Shown: positions 41,634 to 53,499 of the stretch, one piece after another
Numbering within the stretch: the first letter of the stretch is position 1
How the letters are laid out: each line of letters starts with the position of its first letter
From: Enterococcus sp.
GTDB taxonomy: Bacteria > Bacillota > Bacilli > Lactobacillales > Enterococcaceae
Direction of reading: 5' to 3'
Assembly: GCF_032555305.1 (NCBI RefSeq)
Contig: NZ_JAWGOQ010000024.1
Span: 11,033 to 75,032, forward strand
Length of the DNA: 64,000 nucleotides
The notes under the pieces: generated by a model
What the model was told of the DNA's origin: nothing
The model's input: only the letters and a program-made list of their open reading frames with translations
The model's database searches: none
Program-made: the position numbers and the translations under genes

Positions 41634-42524
41634 ATGTTAATTGGTTCTCATGTAAGTATGAAAGGAAAAGAAATGCTACTGGGCGCAGCGCAGGAGGCAG
41701 CCAGCTATGAAGCATCAACGTTTATGATCTATAGCGGCGCACCGCAAAATACCCGCCGCAAGCCGGTTGATGAAATGAATATTCCTGCGGGAGAGGCATT
41801 CATGAAGGAGCACGGTCTGTCGAATATCGTCATGCATGCCCCGTATATCATTAATCTGGGCAATACGAAAAAGCCGGAGATGTTTCCATTCGCTATTCAA
41901 TTTTTACGGGATGAAATCATGCGAGCAGAGGCTTTAGGGGCGATGCAGATTACTTTGCATCCTGGAGCGCACGTTGGCGCAGGCGAAAAGGCTGGTTTGG
42001 ATCAAATCATCAAAGGATTAAATGAAGTACTGACCAAAGATCAACGCGCGCAAATCGCTTTGGAAACTATGGCAGGAAAAGGAACAGAGCTAGGCAAAAC
42101 CTTTGAAGAGCTGGCGTATATCATTGATGGGGTGACGTTGAATGAAAAGCTTTCGGTCACGTTTGATACCTGCCACACAAATGATGCAGGTTATAATGTG
42201 AAGGATGATTTCGATGGTGTACTAGAAGAATTTGATCGCGTGATTGGCTTGGATCGTTTAAAAGTGGTTCACGTAAATGATTCGAAAAATCCGATGGGTT
42301 CCCACAAGGATCGTCATGCGAATATTGGTTTTGGCACGATTGGCTTTGACGCGCTGAATTATATCGTGCATCATGGAAAATTGACCGATCTAGCCAAGAT
42401 CCTGGAAACACCATATGTTGGAGAAGATAAAAAGAATACTAAACCGCCTTATGGCTTTGAGATCGCGATGCTGCGATCACAGCAGTTTGACCCTGATCTA
42501 CTAGCGAAAATACAGGCACAATAA
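41634..42524 (+). CDS. nfo: Endonuclease IV
   Basis: [40 protein letters not shown]. Confidence 0.97.
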   Translation: MLIGSHVSMKGKEMLLGAAQEAASYEASTFMIYSGAPQNTRRKPVDEMNIPAGEAFMKEHGLSNIVMHAPYIINLGNTKKPEMFPFAIQFLRDEIMRAEALGAMQITLHPGAHVGAGEKAGLDQIIKGLNEVLTKDQRAQIALETMAGKGTELGKTFEELAYIIDGVTLNEKLSVTFDTCHTNDAGYNVKDDFDGVLEEFDRVIGLDRLKVVHVNDSKNPMGSHKDRHANIGFGTIGFDALNYIVHHGKLTDLAKILETPYVGEDKKNTKPPYGFEIAMLRSQQFDPDLLAKIQAQ

Positions 42525-42569
42525 TGATAAAAGCACCTACTCAATGTGACGAGCAGGTGCTTTTATCAT
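42524..42569. terminator. Bidirectional terminator between nfo and proA
   Basis: ATGATAAAAGCACCT...AGGTGCTTTTATCAT. Confidence 0.8.
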
Positions 42570-43816
42570 TATTCTCTGATTTGTCCATCACCATAAATGA
42601 TGTATTTGCTTGAAGTCAAATGCTCTAAGCCCATCGGTCCGCGGGCGTGCAGCTTCTGAGTAGAGATTCCGATCTCCGCACCAAAGCCGAACTTAAAGCC
42701 GTCGGTAAAGCGTGTGGAGGCATTGATGTAAACCGCCGCCGCATCAACTTCTTTTAAGAATTTTTGACCGTTATGATAGCTGTCCGTCACGATTGCTTCG
42801 GAATGCTTGGAGTTATAGTGGTTGATATGCTCAATCGCTTCGTCAATGGAGGCAACGACTTTGATCGCCAGAATATAATCTAAAAATTCCGTTGTCCAAT
42901 CCGCATCGGTTGCCAACTCTGCTTGTTCTAAATAGTTCAACGCTTGAGCATCGCCTCGTAAAGTGACTAGCGGTGTCAGTTCTTTTTCAACCAGCGGTAA
43001 GAACTCCGCTGCCACGTCTTCATGAACTAATAGTGTTTCAATCGCGTTGCAAACGGAAGGGCGTTGCACCTTGGCATTCTTGACGATAGCAAGCGCCATA
43101 TCTAGTTGTGCAGCAGAATCAACATACACGTGGTTGTTTCCGGTGCCGGTTTCGATCACTGGCACGGTCGCGCTGTTTTTGACGCGATTGATCAAGCCAG
43201 CACCGCCGCGAGGAATTAGAACATCCAGATATTCGTTCAAGCGCATCATTTCGTTTGCCACATCATGGGAGGTGTCGCTGACGAATTGAATCATCGCAGG
43301 ATTCAGCTGACAGTTTTGCAGTGTCTGCTGCATTAGCTCGACTAATGCTTGATTTGAATGGAAGGCTTCTTTGCCGCCTCGCAGGATGACCGCGTTGCCT
43401 GATTTAAAGCACAGGCTAGCGGCGTCAGTGGTTACGTTTGGACGGGATTCAAAGATGATCCCGATCACCCCTAAGGGAACACGTTGCTGACCAACCATTA
43501 GCTGATCTTCGGTACGCCACATTTTTTCTACTACACCGATTGGATCTGGTAGAGCAGCCACTTGACGAATCCCTTCAGCCATCTCTTTGATTCTGTCATC
43601 AGTCAAACGTAAGCGGTCAATCATTGGATCTGGAATGCCATTTTCCTTCGCTTGATCTAAATCTTTTTGGTTGGCTGTTAAGATGTCTGCTGCATTCTTT
43701 TCTAAATCTTTAGCCATCTGGAGCAAACATTCATTCTTTTGAGCCGTCTCCAGCTGTCCCAACTGTTGAGCCGCTGCTCGGCTTTGCTGCCCTAAGGTGT
43801 TCATTAAATTACCCAT
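42569..43816 (-). CDS. proA: Gamma-glutamyl phosphate reductase
   Basis: [40 protein letters not shown]; start 43816 after SD AGGAGGG. Confidence 0.97.
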   Translation of the reverse strand: MGNLMNTLGQQSRAAAQQLGQLETAQKNECLLQMAKDLEKNAADILTANQKDLDQAKENGIPDPMIDRLRLTDDRIKEMAEGIRQVAALPDPIGVVEKMWRTEDQLMVGQQRVPLGVIGIIFESRPNVTTDAASLCFKSGNAVILRGGKEAFHSNQALVELMQQTLQNCQLNPAMIQFVSDTSHDVANEMMRLNEYLDVLIPRGGAGLINRVKNSATVPVIETGTGNNHVYVDSAAQLDMALAIVKNAKVQRPSVCNAIETLLVHEDVAAEFLPLVEKELTPLVTLRGDAQALNYLEQAELATDADWTTEFLDYILAIKVVASIDEAIEHINHYNSKHSEAIVTDSYHNGQKFLKEVDAAAVYINASTRFTDGFKFGFGAEIGISTQKLHARGPMGLEHLTSSKYIIYGDGQIRE

Positions 43817-44618
43817 GTTTTCCCTCCTTAAATAATGTTCCGACTTCAACTCCAGCTAAAATATCAAAAATTATTCTGGGAGGTTTCCCATTGGCTAACA
43901 CCATCGCGCTTTTTGCTTCCAAGATTCTTTGTGCTGCTTTCAATTTACTGACCATGCCACCAGTGCCGAAACGACTGCCTTCACCGCCAGCCTGATCCAT
44001 CAAGGTTTGATTGATGGTAGAGACGGTAGAGTAGAGAATGGCTTGTTTATTGGTTGAGGGATTATCTGAATAGAAACCGTCAATGTCGCTCAACATGATC
44101 AGCACATCTGCATCCATTAATTGTGCGACGATCGCGGATAACTCGTCATTGTCCCCAAATTTACGTGTGTGGTCCATTTCATCGACTGCCACTGTATCGT
44201 TTTCATTAATGATCGGAACGATCCCCATCGAGATAAGCTGCTCCAATGTATTGATTACGTTTTTGCGGCTTTCAGGAAAATCTACCACATCCCGCGTCAA
44301 TAAAACCTGCGCGGTCTGTTGACTGTAAACTAAAAAGCGTTGATTGTAGATATGCATCAGTTCGGATTGACCGACTGCTGCAACGGCCTGCTGCACAGGA
44401 ATTTCCTGCGGCCGTTCAGGTATTCGAAGCTTGTCCATCCCAACGCCAATCGCGCCAGATGAGACCAATATTATTTCTTTGCCTTGATTTTGAAGGTCAG
44501 TTAATACGAATGCTAGTTGATCAATTCCATCAAAATTGATCTTGCCATTTGGGTGGATCAAGGAACTCGTCCCAATCTTCACCACGATCCGGTTGACGGA
44601 TCTTAAAAAGTCTCTCAT
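43809..44618 (-). CDS. proB: Glutamate 5-kinase (no PUA domain)
   Basis: [38 protein letters not shown]. Confidence 0.97.
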   Translation of the reverse strand: MRDFLRSVNRIVVKIGTSSLIHPNGKINFDGIDQLAFVLTDLQNQGKEIILVSSGAIGVGMDKLRIPERPQEIPVQQAVAAVGQSELMHIYNQRFLVYSQQTAQVLLTRDVVDFPESRKNVINTLEQLISMGIVPIINENDTVAVDEMDHTRKFGDNDELSAIVAQLMDADVLIMLSDIDGFYSDNPSTNKQAILYSTVSTINQTLMDQAGGEGSRFGTGGMVSKLKAAQRILEAKSAMVLANGKPPRIIFDILAGVEVGTLFKEGKHG

Positions 44619-44906
44619 GATTGCACCTCTTCACTTAGCCACCAGCGAGGAAGATATTGTTTTGCATTTTACCATATTCTCATCAATATTTCATCATTTG
44701 TTTAATATTAATTGAAAATCTTTTGATAGTTACACAAATTCAGGCATTCAGAATTTCCAAAAATCTTGATAATTTATTGATAAGAGAAAAAAATGAGTTT
44801 AAGATTGAACTAAAAATTCCTAGTATGGATTTGAAGTTTCTTAAAACAGCTTTTCTTTTAGGGGAACTTTTAGTAAAATGTATAAGAATGTGTCAGGAAA
44901 GGAGCG

Positions 44907-45131
44907 GTGAAAATGGTATCAACTGGAATCGTAGTATTGATCGCAGTAATCGCTGCACTATTAGGTGCTGTCGGCGGTTTCTTCTTAGCCCGTAAATATA
45001 TGCAAGACTATTTCAAAAAGAATCCTCCAATCAACGAGGATATGTTACGTCAAATGATGATGTCGATGGGGCAAAAACCTTCAGAGAAAAAAGTTCGTCA
45101 AATGATGCAGCAAATGAAAAACCAACAATAA
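44907..45131 (+). CDS. YneF (UPF0154) family protein
   Basis: GFFLARKYM...[24 protein letters not shown]; start may be 44913. Confidence 0.9.
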   Translation: MKMVSTGIVVLIAVIAALLGAVGGFFLARKYMQDYFKKNPPINEDMLRQMMMSMGQKPSEKKVRQMMQQMKNQQ

Positions 45132-45137
45132 TCTTAC

Positions 45138-45174
45138 AAGGACAATCGTCGCAGGATGATTGCCCTTCTTTTTT
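45138..45174 (+). terminator. Terminator after the yneF-like gene
   Basis: AAGGACAATCGTC-GCAG-GATGATTGCCCTT then CTTTTTT. Confidence 0.7.
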
Positions 45175-45177
45175 GCC

Positions 45178-45338
45178 TGTTCTGCTTTTCGCAGTATGAA
45201 AGGACGAAGTTTGTTAGTGATCAAAAGAAATGCTTGAAGTGTGATATCTAGCAGAAAGATATACGTACGAAAACACGCTCATTTTCCCTGATTTTGGGAA
45301 AATGAATTTCTTTATTACTTAATTAGTGAGTTAGCTGT
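45178..45338 (+). repeat. Dispersed copy of the structured repeat
   Basis: GTTCTGCTTTTCGCAGT...TAGCAGAAAGATATACGTACGAAAAC...TCATTTTCCC-N7-GGGAAAATGA...TGAGTTAGCTG. Confidence 0.75.
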
Positions 45339-45462
45339 GCATTTGCAGAGCTGATCAGCTCAGAAGACGCGTAGTTTTATGAGAAGGTTACAATTAGTAA
45401 GCAGATTTGTCGACAGAATATCATCTTGGATGTAAAGTAAAGCCGAATGGGGGAATGACTGA

Positions 45463-46377
45463 ATGTATGATGTAATAATTATCGGTGCGGGTCCAGCAGG
45501 GATGACCGCAGCCTTATATGCTTCACGCTCAAACTTAAAAGTGCTTTTAATTGAACGCGGGGCACCAGGCGGACAAATGAACAATACCGCTGAAGTTGAG
45601 AACTATCCAGGGTTTGAATCGATCATGGGTCCAGAGCTTGCCATGAAAATGTATGATGGTGTCACAAAATTCGGTACGGAAAATGCGTATGGAATCGTGC
45701 AAGATATCAAGGATCATGGCGATTACAAGGAAGTTATCACGGAAGATAAAAGCTATCAAGCCAAAACGATCATCGTTGCGACTGGCTGTGTCCATCGCAA
45801 GCTAGGCGTGCCAGGTGAAGAATCATTCGCAGGTCGTGGTGTCTCTTATTGTGCGGTATGTGACGGTGCTTTTTTCCGCAACAAACGCTTAATCGTTGTT
45901 GGTGGCGGCGACTCAGCAGTTGAGGAAGCCATCTATCTAACACGTTTTGCTTCTGAAGTCGTGATCGTTCACCGTCGTGATGAATTGCGCGCACAAAAGA
46001 TCATTCAAGATCGTGCATTTGCCAATGGAAAAATTTCATTTATCTGGGACAGCGTGGTAGAAGAAATCGTTGGGAACGAAATGGTCGTGACTGGCGCACA
46101 AATCCGTAACGTAAAAACTGGTGAAGTCCACTTGGAACCAGCTGATGGCGCCTTTATCTATGTTGGCTTGGAACCATTGACGGAACCATTTAAAAACAGC
46201 GGCATCACAAATGCTGCCGGCTGGATCGAAACAGACCACGAAATGAAAACAAAAATCCCTGGTGTCTTCGCTATCGGAGATGCTCGTGAGAAGGATCTAC
46301 GTCAAATCACAACAGCAGTCGGTGAAGGCGGGATCGCAGGTCAACAAGTCTATAAATATATCGAAGCACAAAATTAA
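45463..46377 (+). CDS. trxB: Thioredoxin reductase
   Basis: GAGPAG, GVSYCAVCDG, GGGDSA, HRRD. Confidence 0.98.
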   Translation: MYDVIIIGAGPAGMTAALYASRSNLKVLLIERGAPGGQMNNTAEVENYPGFESIMGPELAMKMYDGVTKFGTENAYGIVQDIKDHGDYKEVITEDKSYQAKTIIVATGCVHRKLGVPGEESFAGRGVSYCAVCDGAFFRNKRLIVVGGGDSAVEEAIYLTRFASEVVIVHRRDELRAQKIIQDRAFANGKISFIWDSVVEEIVGNEMVVTGAQIRNVKTGEVHLEPADGAFIYVGLEPLTEPFKNSGITNAAGWIETDHEMKTKIPGVFAIGDAREKDLRQITTAVGEGGIAGQQVYKYIEAQN

Positions 46378-46554
46378 TTGTTTATGGAAGGCAGATTTCA
46401 TTTGCCTTCTTTTTTTCTAGGTAAAATAGATTCACCTTCACAAAATGAGGTTAAATATTTTTTTCAAGCATGATAAAATACAAGTTTTCTTTGCTGAATA
46501 TAACAGTAATGGTATACTTAAATGGTAAGAAAATTTTTGAAAGAGGTGTGTTTC

Positions 46555-48279
46555 ATGTCTTGGGAACAAGTTTATGAACAATGGATTGATTCAGATAAAT
46601 TAGATGAAAAAATGCGTAAAGAATTACAAGACTTAGGTAAAGATCCAGAGTTGAAAAAAGATGCGTTTTATAAACCACTAGAATTTGGAACTGCAGGTAT
46701 GCGTGGTATCTTAGGTCCTGGTGTCAATCGGATGAACATTTTTACCATTCGTCAAGCAACTGAAGGTTTGGCTCGTTTCATGGATACGCAAGATCCTGAG
46801 ACAAAACGTCGTGGAGTGGCGATTGCGTATGACTCACGCCATATGTCACCAGAATTTGCGATGGAAGCAGCGAAAACATTAGCAAAGCATGATATTCCAT
46901 CCTATGTTTTCGAAAGCTTACGCCCAACACCGGAATTATCTTTTGCCGTTCGTTTTGAAAATGCCTTCACCGGAATTATGATTACGGCGTCTCACAATCC
47001 AGCAGAATATAATGGCTACAAAGTGTACGGAGAAGATGGTGGGCAAATGCCACCAGAAGATGCGGATGCATTGACTAAATTCGTTCGTGATGTAGAAAAT
47101 CCGTTAGAGGTTCCAGTGTTATCAGATGAAGAAGTTAAAAATAGCGCGTTAATCAATATCATAGGTGAAGAAGTTGATTCTGAATACTTGAAGGAAATCA
47201 AATCCGTAACGATCAACCAAGAATTAATCAACGAAATGGGTAAAGAACTGAAACTAGTTTATACGCCATTGCACGGAACAGGTAAAATGCTAGGCGAAAA
47301 GGCCTTGAAGCAAGCTGGCTTCGAAAAATTTGTTTTAGTACCAGAACAAGCTGTTGCCGATCCAAACTTTTCAACAGTAAAATCACCAAATCCAGAAGAA
47401 CACTCTGCTTTTGAATATGCAATCAAATTAGGTGAAGAAGAAGGGGCCGATCTGTTGATCGCAACTGATCCAGATGCCGATCGTCTTGGCGCGGCCGTTC
47501 GTTTGCCAGATGGACGTTACGAAGTATTGACTGGGAACCAAATCGGTGCCATCATGATTCGCTACATCTTAGAGGCTCACAAACAAGCAGGCACATTGCC
47601 AGCCAATGCAGTGGTACTGAAATCAATCGTATCGAGCGAATTAGCGACAACGATCGCCGATGCCTATAATGTGAAGATGGTCGATGTATTGACCGGCTTC
47701 AAGTTCATCGCTGAAAAGATCCAGCAATATGAAGACGACAATTCGCAAACCTTCATGTTCGGCTTTGAAGAAAGCTATGGCTACTTGATTAAATCCTTTG
47801 TACGTGACAAAGATGCGATCCAAGCGTTAGTCTTGTTAGCAGAAGTTGCGGCTTACTACAAAAAACAAGGCAAGACTTTATATGATGGTTTGCAAGATAT
47901 CTTCGAAGAGTACGGTTATTATGCTGAAAAAACCATTTCAGTGACCTTGAGCGGGGCTGAAGGAGCGGAACAAATCAAGACTATCATGGGCAATCTGCGT
48001 AACGAAGCACCAAAGGCATTCGCTGATGTAGCGGTTAGTTTGACTGAAGACTTCAAAACATCGAAAGCGATCGATGCTGAAGGAAATGAAACGGCGATCG
48101 AAATGCCAGCTTCTGATGTCTTAAAATACACGTTAGCAGATGAAACATGGGTTGCGGTTCGACCTTCCGGAACAGAACCAAAAATCAAATTCTACATCGG
48201 TGTAAAAGGTGATTCTCATGATGCCGCTGCAGAAAAAATCGCAACCTACGAAGAAGCAATTCGTAAAATTGCCGAATAG
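46555..48279 (+). CDS. pgm: Phosphoglucomutase / phospho-sugar mutase
   Basis: FGTAGMRG, TASHNP, DPDADR, FEESYG, RPSGTEPKIK; SD GAGGTG before 46555. Confidence 0.93.
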   Translation: MSWEQVYEQWIDSDKLDEKMRKELQDLGKDPELKKDAFYKPLEFGTAGMRGILGPGVNRMNIFTIRQATEGLARFMDTQDPETKRRGVAIAYDSRHMSPEFAMEAAKTLAKHDIPSYVFESLRPTPELSFAVRFENAFTGIMITASHNPAEYNGYKVYGEDGGQMPPEDADALTKFVRDVENPLEVPVLSDEEVKNSALINIIGEEVDSEYLKEIKSVTINQELINEMGKELKLVYTPLHGTGKMLGEKALKQAGFEKFVLVPEQAVADPNFSTVKSPNPEEHSAFEYAIKLGEEEGADLLIATDPDADRLGAAVRLPDGRYEVLTGNQIGAIMIRYILEAHKQAGTLPANAVVLKSIVSSELATTIADAYNVKMVDVLTGFKFIAEKIQQYEDDNSQTFMFGFEESYGYLIKSFVRDKDAIQALVLLAEVAAYYKKQGKTLYDGLQDIFEEYGYYAEKTISVTLSGAEGAEQIKTIMGNLRNEAPKAFADVAVSLTEDFKTSKAIDAEGNETAIEMPASDVLKYTLADETWVAVRPSGTEPKIKFYIGVKGDSHDAAAEKIATYEEAIRKIAE

Positions 48280-48297
48280 AGTAAATGAGGGCTATAA

Positions 48298-48585
48298 ATG
48301 AAGGAACACGAAGAATTTCAAGCGGTCAGTCAATTTTTCAAGATTTTGAGTGATCCGACACGGTTAAAAATTTTAATGTTTCTAAAAGAAGGGGAGCGCA
48401 ATGTTTCGTCGATTAGTGACACGCTGGCGATGGAGCAGTCGGCTGTTTCTCATCAATTAAAATTATTGCGTGACAACCGTTTGGTTAAAGCGCGTCGTGA
48501 TGGGAAGGCAATGCTTTACAGTTTAGACGATCAGCATGTCTTAGATGTTTTAGAGCAAACCTTTCGCCACGTCACGCATCAATAA
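48298..48585 (+). CDS. ArsR/SmtB metalloregulator (CzrA-like alpha5 site)
   Basis: FKILSDPTRLKI, QSAVSHQLKLLR, DDQHV...RHVTH. Confidence 0.88.
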   Translation: MKEHEEFQAVSQFFKILSDPTRLKILMFLKEGERNVSSISDTLAMEQSAVSHQLKLLRDNRLVKARRDGKAMLYSLDDQHVLDVLEQTFRHVTHQ

Positions 48586-48712
48586 AAGTGAGCTTTTCCA
48601 AAATTTTTGGAAAAGCTCTTTTTTTTTACAGAAATTTTGTTATACTGATAGCTAACTATTAGAATACGATGAAATTAGTTTTAATATGAATGTAATTTAA
48701 TGGAGGCGGAAT

Positions 48713-50002
48713 ATGGAAAAAGCAGTCAAGGTAGGTCTATTAGGTTTAGGTGTAGTCGGTACCGGTGTCCTGGAAATTTTGGCAGATCACAAAGATAAAA
48801 TCGAAAAAAGTATTGGCGGCCCCTTGGTTGTGACGAAAGCCTTGATCCGGCCACAGGAAGATAAACAAGCAGTCGCAGAAAAGTATGGTCTGGAGTTAGT
48901 TACCGAACTGGACGCGATTTTAAATGATCCGGAAATCTCTATTGTTGTAGAAGTAATGGGGCGGATCGAACCAGCGAAAACCTTCATCAAAGAAGCCTTG
49001 ATGGCAGGAAAAAATGTTGTCACTGCGAATAAGGATCTGTTAGCGCAGCACGGCACTGAGTTAGTCAATCTGGCACGGGAGCAGCAGCGTAATTTGTATT
49101 ATGAAGCGAGTGTTGCCGGTGGTATCCCGATCTTGCGGACGATCGCCAATAGTTTAGCAGCGGACGATATTACTGAAGTTTTGGGGATCGTCAATGGGAC
49201 GACCAACTATATGCTGACCAAAATGGTCCAAGAGCATCGGACTTATGATGAAACATTGAAGGAAGCCCAAGAGCTTGGCTTTGCGGAAAGTGATCCGACC
49301 AATGATGTGGACGGAATCGATGCCGCATACAAGATGGTCATCTTGAGTAAATTTGCTTTTGGGATGTCTATCACGATGGACCAAGTCAAGATCAAAGGAA
49401 TTCGCGGATTGGCGGCGGAAGATGTGACGATCGCTGATCAACTAGGCTATACAGTGAAGCTGATCGGTTCAACAATCAAAAAAGACGACACGATCTCTGT
49501 TGAAGTCGGACCAGTCTTAGTCCCTTCTGAGCATCCGCTTGCTTCGATCCATAATGAAATGAATGCTGTTTTTGTTAAGAGCTCAGGGATTGGTGAATCA
49601 ATGTATTATGGCCCAGGAGCTGGCGCACGTCCAACAGCGACCAGTATCGTGGCGGACCTAATGACGATTGTTAACAAGATGAAGAAAAATACGGTTGGTC
49701 ATCGTTTTACCGGTTATACGCAACCGACAAAAATCACTTCGTCGGATGAAAACATCAGCAAATACTTCTTATCACTAGAAATGCCGGATGAACCAGGTCA
49801 ATTCTTAAAGTTGGCTGAGATCATGACTGAAACGCAAGTGGGATTTGAACAGGTCGTTCAAGAAAAAGGCGATGGTGAAAGTGCCAGAGTCGTGCTGATC
49901 ACGCATGAAACGAGCGAAACGAAAATTGTGCAGATCCAAGAGAAAATCAAGGAAAAAACGAGTTATCAACTATTGTCATTGATGAAAGTTATGGGGGAAT
50001 AA
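48713..50002 (+). CDS. hom: Homoserine dehydrogenase
   Basis: [39 protein letters not shown]-terminal ACT domain. Confidence 0.97.
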   Translation: MEKAVKVGLLGLGVVGTGVLEILADHKDKIEKSIGGPLVVTKALIRPQEDKQAVAEKYGLELVTELDAILNDPEISIVVEVMGRIEPAKTFIKEALMAGKNVVTANKDLLAQHGTELVNLAREQQRNLYYEASVAGGIPILRTIANSLAADDITEVLGIVNGTTNYMLTKMVQEHRTYDETLKEAQELGFAESDPTNDVDGIDAAYKMVILSKFAFGMSITMDQVKIKGIRGLAAEDVTIADQLGYTVKLIGSTIKKDDTISVEVGPVLVPSEHPLASIHNEMNAVFVKSSGIGESMYYGPGAGARPTATSIVADLMTIVNKMKKNTVGHRFTGYTQPTKITSSDENISKYFLSLEMPDEPGQFLKLAEIMTETQVGFEQVVQEKGDGESARVVLITHETSETKIVQIQEKIKEKTSYQLLSLMKVMGE

Positions 50003-50004
50003 AC

Positions 50005-51063
50005 ATGTACGAAGGTCTATTAAAGCAATATAAAGAGTATTTACCAATCACTGATAAGACACCACAAATCGCATTGGCTGAAGGAAACACACCATTGATT
50101 CCTTTGAAGAATTTATCAAAAGAATTGGGCATTACACTTTATGGAAAATATGAAGGCTTAAATCCAACTGGTTCGTTTAAGGACCGCGGGATGGTAATGG
50201 CTGTCGCAAAAGCTGTAGAAGACGGCGCGAAGGCGATTATTTGTGCATCGACTGGAAATACAAGTGCCGCTGCTGCTGCTTATGCAACACGCGCAGGTAT
50301 CAAGGCTTATGTTGTAATCCCTGATGGAAGGATTGCGATGGGCAAGTTGGCGCAAGCAATTGCTTATGGCGCGGACATCATTTCAATCCCGGGTAACTTC
50401 GATGAAGCGTTGAAAGCAGTTCGTGATATTGCAGAGACGGAAGCAGTTGCTTTAGTAAACTCTGTTAATCCATATCGTTTAGAAGGACAAAAAACAGCAG
50501 CTTTTGAAATCTGTGAACAATTAGAAAAAGCACCAGATGTATTGGCGATTCCTGTCGGTAATGCCGGCAATATTTCGGCCTACTGGAAAGGCTTCAAAGA
50601 ATGGCATGAGAAAAAGGGAACGGAATTACCGCGAATGCATGGCTTCGAGGCAGAAGGTGCGGCAGCGATCGTTCAAGGTAAAGTGATTGAAGAACCAGAA
50701 ACAGTGGCAACAGCTATCCGGATCGGAAACCCAGCAAGCTGGAAATTAGCGGAAGCAGCACGTGATGAGTCTAACGGTTATATCGATTCCGTGACAGATG
50801 AAGAAATTTTGAACGCCTATCGCAAAGTCGCTTCTCAAGAAGGAGTCTTTGTGGAGCCTGGTTCGGCTGCTTCTTTAGCCGGTGTGATTCAGCATGTGAA
50901 GAATGGACGGATCAAACCAGGGGAAACAGTCGTCACTGTCTTTACCGGTAACGGCTTGAAGGATCCTGATACAGCGATCAACGAAACAGATATTAAAATC
51001 AATAAGATGAGTGATTTGGAGGATATGCGCCGACACTTACGTGAAGGAGTGGCTTCCCTATGA
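50005..51063 (+). CDS. thrC: Threonine synthase
   Basis: [37 protein letters not shown]. Confidence 0.97.
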   Translation: MYEGLLKQYKEYLPITDKTPQIALAEGNTPLIPLKNLSKELGITLYGKYEGLNPTGSFKDRGMVMAVAKAVEDGAKAIICASTGNTSAAAAAYATRAGIKAYVVIPDGRIAMGKLAQAIAYGADIISIPGNFDEALKAVRDIAETEAVALVNSVNPYRLEGQKTAAFEICEQLEKAPDVLAIPVGNAGNISAYWKGFKEWHEKKGTELPRMHGFEAEGAAAIVQGKVIEEPETVATAIRIGNPASWKLAEAARDESNGYIDSVTDEEILNAYRKVASQEGVFVEPGSAASLAGVIQHVKNGRIKPGETVVTVFTGNGLKDPDTAINETDIKINKMSDLEDMRRHLREGVASL

Positions 51064-51923
51064 AAATTCGCGTCCCAGCAACCAGCGCCAACCTAGGCCC
51101 CGGCTTTGATTCGTGTGGGATCGCGTTGTCTCAGTATTTGACGATCGATATCGGTCCGGAAACCAAGAAATGGCAGATCAAGCATCAATTGGGCAGTGAT
51201 ATTCCGTCGGATGAAAAGAATCTATTGATTCAAACAGCGCTAGATTTGGCTCCTAATTTAACTCCACATCAGCTGACGATGACATCAGACATCCCGATTG
51301 CTCGCGGTTTGGGAAGCAGCTCTTCAGTTGTCGTAGCAGGGATCGAATTAGCCAATCGTTTAGGCAGCTTAGGAATGACCCCACAGCAAAAAGTAGATTA
51401 TGCAACCAAGATTGAAGGACATCCTGATAATGTGGCTCCAGCGATCTGTGGAGATTTTGTCGTGGCAAGCTACAATAACAATGAAGTGAACTTCGTGAAG
51501 CATATGTTTCCTGATTGTGACGTGATTGCCTTTATTCCGAATCATGAGCTACTGACATCAGAAAGCCGTGCTGTTTTACCGAAAGAATTGTCTTATCGCG
51601 ATGCAGTGACAGCCAGTTCGATCGGCAATGTGATGATCGCAGCTGTTTTAAATGGTAACTTACCATTAGCAGGAAAAATGATGGAAAAAGATATCTTGCA
51701 CGAGAGTCATCGTCAGCATCTTGTTCCTCACCTGAAAAAGATTCGTGAATTTTGCAGGGCTTATGGCGGCTATGGCAGCTTTTTAAGTGGGGCTGGACCG
51801 ACCGTCTTAGTATTAAGTCCATCTGAAAATACGGAAAAATTAGTCACAGCCATGAAAGCATATGATCATGAAGCATTGATTGATGTACTTTCTGTTGAAA
51901 AAGAAGGCGTGCAAATATTTTAA
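51060..51923 (+). CDS. thrB: Homoserine kinase
   Basis: [34 protein letters not shown]. Confidence 0.97.
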   Translation: MKIRVPATSANLGPGFDSCGIALSQYLTIDIGPETKKWQIKHQLGSDIPSDEKNLLIQTALDLAPNLTPHQLTMTSDIPIARGLGSSSSVVVAGIELANRLGSLGMTPQQKVDYATKIEGHPDNVAPAICGDFVVASYNNNEVNFVKHMFPDCDVIAFIPNHELLTSESRAVLPKELSYRDAVTASSIGNVMIAAVLNGNLPLAGKMMEKDILHESHRQHLVPHLKKIREFCRAYGGYGSFLSGAGPTVLVLSPSENTEKLVTAMKAYDHEALIDVLSVEKEGVQIF

Positions 51924-52166
51924 TTGCGTTGAAGAGAAGAGTACAACTGATCGGACTTGACAGAGAGCTTCGGTAATTGAGAAGAAGCAGCAGCGATTCG
52001 TTGGAAGATGGCCTTGGAGCAATTGTCCTTACGACACGGGAATGCCCGTTACAGCAGTTCGCAGCAATGCGACAAAAGTTCAGTCTTGTAAGAGGCTGTT
52101 AAACTAAGGTGGTACCACGGCACTCCCGTCCTTTCAGATATGAAAAGACAGGAGTGTCCTTTTTTT
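51924..52166 (+). ncRNA. T-box riboswitch, Met specifier
   Basis: Stem I with AGTA, AGAGA and TTGAGA motifs; specifier ATG at 52008-52010; T-box AAGGTGGTACCACGG at 52106-52120; terminator GCACTCC...GGAGTGT plus T-run. Confidence 0.93.
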
Positions 52167-52224
52167 ATCATACTGAGACAATAGACTATTTACCATATTG
52201 AAAAAAATATTAGGAGGAACGATC

Positions 52225-53496
52225 ATGGAATTTGAAACAAAATGTTTACATGCAGGTTATGAACCGGAAAACGGAGGTCCACGGGTATTGCCGATCGTCC
52301 AAAGTACGACTTATGCCTATGACTCTACAGATGAGATCGGAAAGCTTTTTGACTTGGAGGCGGCAGGCTATTTTTACACACGGCTAGCGAATCCAACGAC
52401 AGGTGCGGTAGAAGAGAAGATCGCTGCACTTGAAGGCGGTGTGGGAGCCTTATGTACCTCATCAGGTCAGGCAGCGACCTTCTATGCGGTATTGAACATC
52501 CTGGAGGCAGGCGATCATTTGATTTCTTCCAGCTATATTTATGGCGGAACCTATAATTTGTTTGCGCATACTCTGAGAAAAATGGGTATTGAAGTAACCT
52601 TTGTCGATCAAGATGCATCAAAAGAGGAATTGTTGAAAGCGGCGAAACCAAATACGAAAGCGATTTTTGGGGAAACGATCGCTAATCCAGCAGTGAAGGT
52701 CTTAGACCAAGAAAAATTTGCGGCAGTGGCAAAAGAATTGGATATTCCGTTTCTAATTGATAATACCTTTGCGACGCCATATTTCTGTCGCCCATTCGAA
52801 TTTGGCGCCGACATCGTTATTCATAGTACGACGAAGTATCTGGATGGACATGCAGTGCAAACAGGTGGCGTCATCGTTGATGGAGGAAGCTTTAATTGGA
52901 ATAATGGAAAATTCCCACAGCTTTCGGAGCCTGATGAAACCTACCACGGCATTGTTTATACTGAAAAATTTGGACAGGCTGCTTATATTACCAAGGCACG
53001 AGTTCAGTTGATGCGTGATCTAGGTGCGACGCCTTCACCGCAAAATTCATTCCTGCTTAATCTCGGTATGGAGACATTGCCAGTTCGGATGGATCGTCAT
53101 TATGAGAATGCAATGACAGTAGCCAAATATCTAATGGAACAAAAGGCGATTGCAAAAGTTAATTATCCTGGTTTGGAAAGTAATGCCGATTACGCTTTGA
53201 CGCAAAAATATGTACCTAATGGCTTGTGCGGTGTTATTTCAGTCGAATTTGCAGAGGGTAAGGAAGTGGCTGCAAAATGGTTGGATGCACTAGAACTAGT
53301 TTCACTGGAAGTCCACGTAGCGGATATTCGTACCTGTGCGCTGCATCCCGCAACTTCGACTCACCGTCAATTGACTGATGAAGAGCTGCGCCAGGCGGGA
53401 ATCTCGCCTGGTCTGGTCCGCATATCCTGCGGGATCGAAAACGTGAAGGATATTCTTGCTGACCTGCAACAGGCCTTTGACAAATTGGAGGGATAA
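52225..53496 (+). CDS. metY: O-acetylhomoserine aminocarboxypropyltransferase (sulfhydrylase)
   Basis: YTRLANPT, SSGQAA, ETIANP, DNTFATP, HSTTKY, HPATSTHRQL. Confidence 0.9.
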   Translation: MEFETKCLHAGYEPENGGPRVLPIVQSTTYAYDSTDEIGKLFDLEAAGYFYTRLANPTTGAVEEKIAALEGGVGALCTSSGQAATFYAVLNILEAGDHLISSSYIYGGTYNLFAHTLRKMGIEVTFVDQDASKEELLKAAKPNTKAIFGETIANPAVKVLDQEKFAAVAKELDIPFLIDNTFATPYFCRPFEFGADIVIHSTTKYLDGHAVQTGGVIVDGGSFNWNNGKFPQLSEPDETYHGIVYTEKFGQAAYITKARVQLMRDLGATPSPQNSFLLNLGMETLPVRMDRHYENAMTVAKYLMEQKAIAKVNYPGLESNADYALTQKYVPNGLCGVISVEFAEGKEVAAKWLDALELVSLEVHVADIRTCALHPATSTHRQLTDEELRQAGISPGLVRISCGIENVKDILADLQQAFDKLEG

Positions 53497-53499
53497 CTC

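Noticed and set aside
44619..44906. T-box upstream of proBA, and the 112-aa ORF 44657-44995
   Set aside because: No T-box consensus or terminator, only a short hairpin near the proB SD. The ORF is AT-rich divergent-promoter sequence without an SD.
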